Assembly: GCA_026388765.1 (NCBI GenBank) | Contig: JAPLJC010000088.1 | Span: 1-58,685 of the forward strand | Length of the DNA: 58,685 bases | Source of the DNA: Deltaproteobacteria bacterium | Lineage (GTDB): Bacteria > Desulfobacterota > Desulfobaccia > Desulfobaccales > 0-14-0-80-60-11 | Reading direction: 5' to 3' | In this document: positions 51,548-58,685 of the stretch, piece by piece | Layout: every line of letters begins with the position of its first letter | Numbering within the stretch: position 1 is the first letter of the stretch | Made by a program: the position numbers and the translations under genes | Notes under the pieces: generated by a model | Databases searched by the model: none | Seen by the model: only the letters and a program-made list of their open reading frames with translations | Told to the model about the DNA's origin: nothing

Positions 51548-51793
51548 CCAGGTCTTCAGTGGCACAGGCTTCCAGCCTGTGGAGTGCAGGCTGAAAGCGC
51601 GGCTGCATTTTTCCCACGTTTCAAGGACAAACAAGGTTCGATAAATCGAAATAGCTGTTATCCCCTTTCTTTCCGCCCCTAATTTTAGTAAACTAAGGGC
51701 CAACCGACTGCCATTATTAATATTTTGGCGAACCAAGCCTCAACCCGGCAATTATCTGTAGCCGCAGGCGTTAGCCTGCGCCAGCGGGGCTCA

Positions 51794-52375
51794 ATGCCAC
51801 CAAAGCAGACCAAATCACCCACTCCAAAGGCGGAACGCAACCTGGTCCTCATCGGCTACCGGGCCACGGGCAAAACCGCGGTGGGCGCCGAACTGGCCCG
51901 GGTCATGCAGCGCCCTTTCGTGGACCTGGACCGGGTCCTGGTGGGCGAGGCCGGTAAATCCGTGGCCGAAATCGTGGCCCAGGGCGGCTGGGAGGAATTT
52001 CGCCGCCTGGAGAAAGAGCTGGTGGCCCGCTACCGCGCCAGCCGGGGCCAGGTGCTGGCCACCGGCGGCGGGGTGGTTTTGGACCCGGAGAACGTGCAGG
52101 CCCTGCGGGAGAACGGCACCATCATCTGGCTCACCGCCGACCCGGCCACCATCCAGTCCCGGCTCGAGGCGGACCGGCCCCGGGACGCCTTCCGCCCCAG
52201 CCTCACCGGCGGCGACGCCGTGAACGAGGTCCTGGAGGTGTTGACAGCCCGGGAACCCCTGTACCGGGCGGCGGCCCAGATTATCATCGCCACTGCCCAT
52301 CAATCCATCCCCCAGGTGGTTAAGTCAATCCTGGCGGCTCTGGAATTCAAGGAGGCGGCCAATCTTGGCGGGTAA
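51794..52375 (+). CDS. aroK: Shikimate kinase
   Basis: LIGYRATGKT, FRRLE, ATGGGVV, RPSL and REPLY motifs. Confidence 0.9.
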   Translation: MPPKQTKSPTPKAERNLVLIGYRATGKTAVGAELARVMQRPFVDLDRVLVGEAGKSVAEIVAQGGWEEFRRLEKELVARYRASRGQVLATGGGVVLDPENVQALRENGTIIWLTADPATIQSRLEADRPRDAFRPSLTGGDAVNEVLEVLTAREPLYRAAAQIIIATAHQSIPQVVKSILAALEFKEAANLGG

Positions 52376-53423
52376 TACCTTTGGCCAGGTCTTCCGGGTC
52401 ACCACCTGGGGCGAGTCCCATGGCCCGGCCCTGGGCGCGGTCATCGATGGCTGCCCGCCCCGGCTGTCTTTAAGCGCCGGGGATGTCCAACACGAGTTGG
52501 ACCGGCGCCGTCCTGGGGTCCAGGCCCATGCCAGCAGCCGGCGGGAGCCCGATGCGGTGGAAATTCTTTCCGGGGTCTTCGAGGGCCGCACCACCGGCGC
52601 TCCTATCAGCCTCATCGTCTACAACCGGGACGTTAGGAGCCAGGACTACGACGCCCTGCGGGATCTCTTCCGGCCCGGCCATGGCGACTTCACCTTTCAG
52701 GCCAAATACGGCATCCGGGACCACCGCGGCGGCGGCCGGGCCTCGGCCCGGGAGACCGTGGCCCGGGTGGCCGCGGGCGCCGTGGCCCAGAAGGTCCTGG
52801 ACCGGGAAAATATCCAGGTGACGGCCTATACCTTGGAGTTGGGCGGGGTGCGGGCCGAAAAAATCGACGAAGCGCTTATTTGGGACAACCCCTTCTTTTG
52901 TCCTGACCCGGAGGTCGTGGAGGCCATGGCCGCCCGGGTGCAGGAGGTCAAGGCCCAGGGGGACTCCCTGGGCGGAGTGGTGCAGGTGCGGGTGCGGGGC
53001 TGCCCGGCGGGCCTGGGGGAACCGGTCTTCGACAAATTGGACGCGGCCCTGGCCCAGGCGGTGATGTCCGTGGGCGCGGTCAAAGGCGTGGAGATCGGCG
53101 CCGGGTTTGCCGCCGCCCGCCTGCTGGGTTCCGAGGACAACGATCCCCTGATCCCCGGCGGCTTCGCCTCCAACCACGCCGGCGGCATCCTGGCCGGCAT
53201 CAGCAACGGCGACGACATCGTGGTCTCCGCCGCGGTCAAGCCCATCCCCTCCATCTCCCGAAAGCAGCAGACCGTCAATCTGGAGGGCCTCCCCCGAGTC
53301 ATCCGGGTGGGCGGACGCCACGACATCAGCGCCATCCCCCGCATCGTCCCGGTGATTCTGGCCATGGTGCGACTCACCTTAACTGATTTTCTCCTGCGCC
53401 AGAGGGCTAATTTATGGCCGTAA
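52365..53423 (+). CDS. aroC: Chorismate synthase
   Basis: TWGESHG, RPGHGD, GGGRASARET and GRHD motifs. Confidence 0.96.
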   Translation: MAGNTFGQVFRVTTWGESHGPALGAVIDGCPPRLSLSAGDVQHELDRRRPGVQAHASSRREPDAVEILSGVFEGRTTGAPISLIVYNRDVRSQDYDALRDLFRPGHGDFTFQAKYGIRDHRGGGRASARETVARVAAGAVAQKVLDRENIQVTAYTLELGGVRAEKIDEALIWDNPFFCPDPEVVEAMAARVQEVKAQGDSLGGVVQVRVRGCPAGLGEPVFDKLDAALAQAVMSVGAVKGVEIGAGFAAARLLGSEDNDPLIPGGFASNHAGGILAGISNGDDIVVSAAVKPIPSISRKQQTVNLEGLPRVIRVGGRHDISAIPRIVPVILAMVRLTLTDFLLRQRANLWP

Positions 53424-54214
53424 AGATTGCCCTGATCGGCGGCCGGGGGCAGATGGGCCACTGGTTCCAGCGCTTTTTCACGGCCCAGGGGCTGGAGGTC
53501 CTGGTGGCCGACGTGGACACCAGGCAGACTCCCGAGGAAGTGGCCCGGTTGGCGGACGTGGTGGTGGTTTCCGTGCCGATTCCCAAGGTGAGTGAGATCG
53601 TCCGGGCCATAGCTCCCCATCTGCGTCCCGAAGCCGCCCTGATGGACCTGACTTCGGTGAAACAGGGACCCATGACCGCCATGCTGTCGCACTTCCCGGG
53701 CGAAGTGGTGGGGACTCACCCCCTTTTCGGGCCCGGCGCTAAGACCATAACCGGCCAGACCGTGGTCCTCTGTCCCGGCCGGGGGGAGCGCTGGTTCTCC
53801 TGGCTTAAGGAGCTTTTAGAAAACGCCGGGGCCCGGGTGAAAGTCACCACCGCCACGGAACACGACCGCCTCATGGCCGTAGTTCAGGGCCTGTCCCACT
53901 TTACCCTCATCGCCCTGGAGATGGCCATCCGGGAGTTGGGAGTTGCTCCTAAAGATCTGGAGGATTTTGCCACTCCCACCTTTTCCACCCTGCATAACCT
54001 GGCCCGCCGTCTTTTCAGTCAGGATGCGAAATTGTATGCCTGCATCCAGCTCCAGAACCCGGCCAATCGGGCGGCCTTGCGGGCCTTGGAAGATTCGGTG
54101 GCGGACATCCTCTACTTCATCCAGCGCCAGAACGCCGACGGCCTGGTAAAGCTCATCGAAGGCGTCAAGGAAGGATTCTTTGCGGAAGATAATGATAAGG
54201 CAGAAGGCGGCTAA
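53414..54214 (+). CDS. tyrA: Prephenate/arogenate dehydrogenase
   Basis: IGGRGQMG, DLTSVK, THPLFGP and EHDRLMAVVQGLSH motifs. Confidence 0.9.
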   Translation: MAVKIALIGGRGQMGHWFQRFFTAQGLEVLVADVDTRQTPEEVARLADVVVVSVPIPKVSEIVRAIAPHLRPEAALMDLTSVKQGPMTAMLSHFPGEVVGTHPLFGPGAKTITGQTVVLCPGRGERWFSWLKELLENAGARVKVTTATEHDRLMAVVQGLSHFTLIALEMAIRELGVAPKDLEDFATPTFSTLHNLARRLFSQDAKLYACIQLQNPANRAALRALEDSVADILYFIQRQNADGLVKLIEGVKEGFFAEDNDKAEGG

Positions 54215-54289
54215 GGAATGCTGACCTTGTAGGGGCGGGGAAACCCCGCCCCTACGGTAATCGTTTCTCACTTTTAATAAGGGAAAATC

Positions 54290-55573
54290 ATGCTGGATCT
54301 CAAGTTTGTCCGGGACCATCTGCCGGAAGTGGAACAAGCCATGAAGAATCGGGGGCTGGCAATCTCCCTGGACGATTTTCACCTCCACGAAGGTGAGCGC
54401 CGGCGACTGCTGACCCAGGTAGAGGATTTGCGCCACCAACGGAACACGCTGTCCCAGGAGATCGGCAAGTTGATGAAGGCGGGCAACACCGAAGAAGCCC
54501 AATCCCTCCGGACCAGGGTGGCGGTCATCAATGAGGACACCAAGGACCTGGAGAACCGGGCGGAGCAGCACGACGCCTGGGTGCGGGATTTTCTCTTGAC
54601 CCTGCCCAACCTGCCCCATGCCACGGTGCCCATCGGCGCCAGCAGCGACGACAACCCGGTGGTCAAGACCTGGGGCGAGCCGCCCAGCTTCGCCTTTAAC
54701 CCCAGGCCCCATTGGGAGATCGGCGAGGCCCTGGGCATCCTGGACTTCGAACGGGCCGCCAAGATCACCGGAGCCCGCTTTGCCCTGCTCAAAGGCGCCG
54801 GCGCCCTGCTGGAGCGGGCCCTGATCAACTTTATGCTGGAGCTGCACACCAAAAAGCATGGTTATCTTGAGGTGCTGCCCCCTTTTATCGTTAATGAGGA
54901 CTCCCTGAGGGGAACTGGTCAATTACCCAAGTTTCAGGAAGACCTGTTTAAGCTCGAAGGGTGTAATTACTATTTGATCCCCACGGCCGAAGTGCCGGTG
55001 ACCAATATCCACCGGGACGAAATTCTCCGGGCCGAGGATCTGCCCCTCTATTACACCGCCTACACTCCCTGCTTCCGGTCCGAGGCGGGCTCTTACGGCA
55101 AGGATGTCCGCGGCCTGATCCGCCAGCACCAGTTCGACAAGGTGGAGCTGGTGAAATTCACCGCGCCCGAGACCTCCTATGACGAGTTGGAAAAACTGCT
55201 GGCTGATGCCGAAGAAGTCCTCCAGGAACTGGGACTCTCCTACCGGGTGGTGGTGCTGTGCACCGGGGACATGGGCTTCTCTGCGGCCAAGACCTACGAC
55301 ATCGAGGTCTGGCTGCCGGGCCAGGGGCTATACCGGGAGATCTCTTCCTGCAGCAACTTCGAAGACTACCAGGCCCGCCGGGCGGCCATCCGTTTCCGGC
55401 GGCCCGGGGTCAAGGGCACCGAACTGGTGCACACCTTGAACGGCTCCGGCCTGGCCGTGGGCCGCACCATGGTGGCCATCCTGGAAAACTGCCAGCAGGC
55501 TGACGGCAGTGTCGTCATCCCCGAAAAGCTGCGGCCTTATATGGGGGGAATGGAGAGAATCAGTAGTCAGTAG
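54290..55573 (+). CDS. serS: Serine--tRNA ligase
   Basis: [31 protein letters not shown] and HTLNGSGLA motifs. Confidence 0.97.
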   Translation: MLDLKFVRDHLPEVEQAMKNRGLAISLDDFHLHEGERRRLLTQVEDLRHQRNTLSQEIGKLMKAGNTEEAQSLRTRVAVINEDTKDLENRAEQHDAWVRDFLLTLPNLPHATVPIGASSDDNPVVKTWGEPPSFAFNPRPHWEIGEALGILDFERAAKITGARFALLKGAGALLERALINFMLELHTKKHGYLEVLPPFIVNEDSLRGTGQLPKFQEDLFKLEGCNYYLIPTAEVPVTNIHRDEILRAEDLPLYYTAYTPCFRSEAGSYGKDVRGLIRQHQFDKVELVKFTAPETSYDELEKLLADAEEVLQELGLSYRVVVLCTGDMGFSAAKTYDIEVWLPGQGLYREISSCSNFEDYQARRAAIRFRRPGVKGTELVHTLNGSGLAVGRTMVAILENCQQADGSVVIPEKLRPYMGGMERISSQ

Positions 55574-55707
55574 CCAGTAGCCAGTAGTCAGTTGCCAGAG
55601 ATAAACCAAATTTCAGCAGTCGACTTTGCTAGATAAAAAAAGTCCCCTTTCGATGGTGAATGGGGACTTTTTTTGCCTTTACTGACTACTGGCTACTGGC
55701 TACTGCC
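55560..55707. repeat. Inverted pair of 7-bp (CAGTAGY) arrays enclosing a bidirectional terminator
   Basis: Left arm 55560-55598 (contains the serS stop), right arm 55681-55707. Confidence 0.85.
55635..55674. terminator. Bidirectional Rho-independent terminator
   Basis: A7-GTCCCC...GGGGAC-T7 between convergent genes. Confidence 0.85.
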
Positions 55708-56916
55708 TCATTTCGCCGCCCGGACGCGCTCGTTGGGTTTGAAGGGGCCGCCACTCGTCGGCGTGGCCACGGCCCCGGTGTTTCCCAGGAGTTCCGTCAC
55801 CTTCAGCTCCCCTTGGGACTCATCCGAAGTGTAACCCAGGACGGCGTGGGTCGTGGGGTTCACCACCTCTTTGCCCGGCGCCACCACCTTCAGACGGTCA
55901 CCCACCTTAACGCCGGCATTCTGACCCAGATTGAGATAGGTCTTGCCCTCTTTGACAAACTCCACCCGGCCGAACCAGCGGATGTTAATGAGTTCCCCCC
56001 CAACCCGCAAGGCATTGGCGTTGGCGAATTTGGTCACCGCCTCAGCATTCAACGGGCCGGTCTCCACCGTACCGGCGATGGACTGTTCCTTGGTCCCCAT
56101 GAAGGTGTCGTAGACCTGCATAACCATGGCTGCCTGGGACCCCTTCTCCGGCGGCATGATGCCGGTGAGAACGATGCCTTGCACCCCCAAGTAATCACCG
56201 AGGGCCTTAATGTTGGGACTCAGAGAGAGCTTCCCATTGATGCCGGCCTTGCCCAAGGCCTCCCTGACCTGGTCCTGGCCCACCACCCGGAGGTCTTTGG
56301 TCCGGCCTGCGGCGTCTCCCAGGGCTATGGCCAGGGTGCGGTTGAGACCCTCATAGCTCGTGGGGGTGTCCAGATCCGGGATCACCGCCACCGAGCGGCC
56401 CACATACGGGGCCTTTTCCCCCCGCCCCTGGGAGACAAAGCCGCCCATCCCCTGCTCCCGGAGGATGCGGTCCACTTCTGCCTTCACCAGCTCCTGCAAC
56501 TTATCGGGCGGCAGAGTCTTGGCTCCCTTATCCTTCTCTTTACCCACCGCCTTGGAAATGGCATCGACCAAACGCTGCTGCATGCCCTTGAACTCCCGGC
56601 CCTTCTCCACGTAAAGATATTCCGGCTGCTCCGGGTAGGTGAGCCAGTACGGATTCTTGCTGCGGACGTAAGGCTTGCCGTCGATCATCACCGTCTCTTG
56701 CTGGGCCTCGGCCGGCACAGTCTCCTCGTCTTCCTCACTTGTTGGATTCCCGGTCACCCAATTCTTGACGCTGGTAGCGGCGCCGCAACCCGTGAAGGTC
56801 GGGACCACGAAGGTCAGCAAAACGATGAATGCCAATAACCCGCTAAACTTCCTGGACCTTGGGTTTTCGGTTTTCGGTTTTCGGTTTTCGGCAAAAGCGA
56901 AAAGACTCCACAGCAT
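55708..56916 (-). CDS. Lipoprotein, CsgG/FlgT-like
   Basis: Lipobox FTGC; C-terminal YLNLGQNAGVKVGDRL...NPTTHAVLG; RBS aagga before 56919/56916. Confidence 0.75.
   Translation of the reverse strand: MLWSLFAFAENRKPKTENPRSRKFSGLLAFIVLLTFVVPTFTGCGAATSVKNWVTGNPTSEEDEETVPAEAQQETVMIDGKPYVRSKNPYWLTYPEQPEYLYVEKGREFKGMQQRLVDAISKAVGKEKDKGAKTLPPDKLQELVKAEVDRILREQGMGGFVSQGRGEKAPYVGRSVAVIPDLDTPTSYEGLNRTLAIALGDAAGRTKDLRVVGQDQVREALGKAGINGKLSLSPNIKALGDYLGVQGIVLTGIMPPEKGSQAAMVMQVYDTFMGTKEQSIAGTVETGPLNAEAVTKFANANALRVGGELINIRWFGRVEFVKEGKTYLNLGQNAGVKVGDRLKVVAPGKEVVNPTTHAVLGYTSDESQGELKVTELLGNTGAVATPTSGGPFKPNERVRAAK
56862..56891. repeat. (GGTTTTC)x4 tandem array
   Basis: Four perfect heptamers; inverted relative to 57341-57373. 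Confidence 0.9.
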
Positions 56917-56965
56917 CACATTTTTCCTTTTTAATTTTTGGGTTCTCGGAAAAAGAGAAAAATCA

Positions 56966-57337
56966 TTATTTTATACCCATGGACAATCCTTTAATCATCT
57001 TCCTTAATCGGTCCAGAGTGGACAAGAATGGATTTAATTCTTCAAGAGTCAGGTAGCCAATTTCGTTGGATAGGATTAGCTGGGTTTCCAATTCGGCCAG
57101 GGAACCTAAGCCTATTGACAAAAATTGCCGGAATTCTTTGGGTGAATTTCTCCCCTGACCTTCAGCGATATTAGACGGAATTGATACCGCGGCTCTTCTG
57201 ATCTGATTTGTCAAGCCAAAATTCTCTGAACGTGGAAATTTGCTCGTTAGGCAATACAGCTCTTTGGCAAGCTCAATGGACAATTTCCATACTTCTAAAT
57301 CCCGAAACGATCTGGATTTCGATTTTGTCGTATGCAT
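56966..57337 (-). CDS. Four-helix-bundle protein (23S rRNA intervening-sequence protein / Avd-like family)
   Basis: FRDLEVW, FP.SE.FGLTNQIRRAAVSIPSNIAEG and GSLAELETQL motifs; AT-rich. Confidence 0.92.
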   Translation of the reverse strand: MHTTKSKSRSFRDLEVWKLSIELAKELYCLTSKFPRSENFGLTNQIRRAAVSIPSNIAEGQGRNSPKEFRQFLSIGLGSLAELETQLILSNEIGYLTLEELNPFLSTLDRLRKMIKGLSMGIK

Positions 57338-57340
57338 TTT

Positions 57341-57373
57341 AACCGAAAACCGAAAACCGAAAACTGAAAACCG
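57341..57373. repeat. (GAAAACC)n tandem array
   Basis: aaccgaaaaccgaaaaccgaaaactgaaaaccg, 3 nt upstream of the four-helix gene ATG. Confidence 0.9.
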
Positions 57374-57381
57374 TCTTTAAT

Positions 57382-57415
57382 AAAAAAGCCCACAGGGATA
57401 TTACCCCGTGGGCTT
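57382..57415 (-). terminator. Rho-independent terminator of the porin gene
   Basis: AAGCCCAC..GGG/CCCC..GTGGGCTT stem with A6 on the left. Confidence 0.75.
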
Positions 57416-57436
57416 GGTTAAGTCAACCGTTTTAGG

Positions 57437-58685
57437 TTAGAAGAACATGAAGGCGACGAACTGCACGCGATGGGCTTCGCCAAAGTCCTTGGCCCCAGCG
57501 CTGGGCTGCCCCTGAACCTGACCAGGAACTAATGGTCCCACACCGGTGAGGCTTTGCGGGTTATTGACCTTCTGCAAGTAGTCGGTGCGGCCGTAGGTAT
57601 ATTGCAAGCCGAACTTGATTGCCTCGATGGGCCGGTACCACAGGGTCAGGTCGAACTCCTGCCACAGCTTCACCTGGTCGTTGAGGGTGGCATACATATA
57701 ACCATACGGGTTGTTGGCTCCCTGCGTGCGCGCCAGGGCGGCGGAGGCGCCGCTTTCGATCCCATAGGACCGCTGCATGCCCCAGACCGCGTTCAGGAAC
57801 CACTGGTTAGTGAAATAGTATTGTCCTTGGAGGTAACCGCCGAACTGATTCATCAGTATTCGATTGAAAAAGATGGAGCCGGTGGGCCCAATTCCCGTGA
57901 ATTTAAACCAGCTGGCGTCAGAGTCCTGGGCCTCGCCGAAGGCGCTGAGCCCCTGGCCGATGAACCACTGGGCGCTCAGGGAGGCGGTGCCTGCCAGGTT
58001 GGCGCTATAGGTGGGCAGCACCGGGATGAAGAGATTGGCCTGCACCATCCAGGGATCTAGATACTGCTGGCCGCGTTGAAAGCCGGTATTGGTGCTATAG
58101 GCGTTTTGGCCAAAGGTGCCAAAGGCTTGAGCCGCAGTATTGGCGCGATAGCGGATCTGCTGCCAGCCGGCCGTCACCTGGGCCGCGAAGCCCCGGGGCC
58201 GGCCAAAAAAACCCGCCTTGCCATAGAGGTCCTTCTCGTAGGCAATTTTGGCATCGATGTGCGGAATCTCGGAAGACTGGCCCGGCAACCCGACGCTGGC
58301 GGACTGGACTCCAGCCGGTGGGGCGACTGGGGCGCCTCCTGGGGCGGTTAATACTTGGCCATCAAAGGCAGCGTCAGCCGTGCTGGGATCATACGGTTTT
58401 AAGATGGCCGCGGCCACGGTCCAGTTCCCGGCGAACTTCTGGGTCAAGCGGATCTGAGGGACCCGGCCGCTGGGCATGCCGTGGTTATTCAATGGGGTGT
58501 CCTGGGCGTTTTCAGGAGTGTACTCACAGAACATGGTCCAATACTGGCCCAACATCAGTTCGGTTTCGGGCCAGTTCAGGCGGAACATGGCGTGCCGCAG
58601 CCGCGCGCTGTAGGAGGAGGTATTGCTTTGCCGCGGATCCTGGACCGGGTCGAAGTCAATTTCAATCAAGCCGGTGGTGGTGGCG
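57437..58685 (-). CDS. Outer-membrane porin-like beta-barrel (DcaP-like), 5'-truncated by the window edge
   Basis: IEIDF, ARLRHA, LGQYW and RVPQIR motifs; alternating strands and terminal Phe. Confidence 0.75.
   Translation of the reverse strand, partial: ATTTGLIEIDFDPVQDPRQSNTSSYSARLRHAMFRLNWPETELMLGQYWTMFCEYTPENAQDTPLNNHGMPSGRVPQIRLTQKFAGNWTVAAAILKPYDPSTADAAFDGQVLTAPGGAPVAPPAGVQSASVGLPGQSSEIPHIDAKIAYEKDLYGKAGFFGRPRGFAAQVTAGWQQIRYRANTAAQAFGTFGQNAYSTNTGFQRGQQYLDPWMVQANLFIPVLPTYSANLAGTASLSAQWFIGQGLSAFGEAQDSDASWFKFTGIGPTGSIFFNRILMNQFGGYLQGQYYFTNQWFLNAVWGMQRSYGIESGASAALARTQGANNPYGYMYATLNDQVKLWQEFDLTLWYRPIEAIKFGLQYTYGRTDYLQKVNNPQSLTGVGPLVPGQVQGQPSAGAKDFGEAHRVQFVAFMFF

Noticed and set aside
56966-57337. 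Diversity-generating retroelement (Avd-like gene)
   Set aside because: No reverse transcriptase and no TR/VR pair with adenine-specific mismatches in the window.

Overview
GC-rich bacterial chromosome segment. The gene content (shc-hpnA-hpnH, lysC-cimA-comEA, holB-ricT, a probable selenoprotein) suggests an anaerobic Deltaproteobacterium/Desulfobacterota, possibly Desulfobacca-like; this is inference. Most of the window is housekeeping and metabolic genes: lon, guaA, holB, kdsD, folD, lysC, cimA, tsaD, pncB, aroK-aroC-tyrA, serS. There is also a hopanoid cluster and a small accessory sulfatase/porin block. No rRNA, tRNA or CRISPR array was seen. The most interesting signals lie outside the ORF track. 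(1) A four-helix-bundle (23S-IVS/Avd-like) gene is enclosed by inverted 7-bp tandem arrays, and gene-less copies of the same array architecture abut stop and start codons throughout the window. (2) A REP-associated tyrosine transposase (RAYT) is bracketed by a 75-bp duplication of the tsaD 3' end whose four mismatches are all synonymous. (3) A hidden UxxC thioredoxin-fold selenoprotein has a SECIS-like hairpin. (4) A second RAYT has its own ~87-bp REPIN that supplies or abuts stop codons. (5) Two apparent pseudo-enzymes are present (HisI-like and MNT-like). All family assignments are from motif recognition, not database searches.
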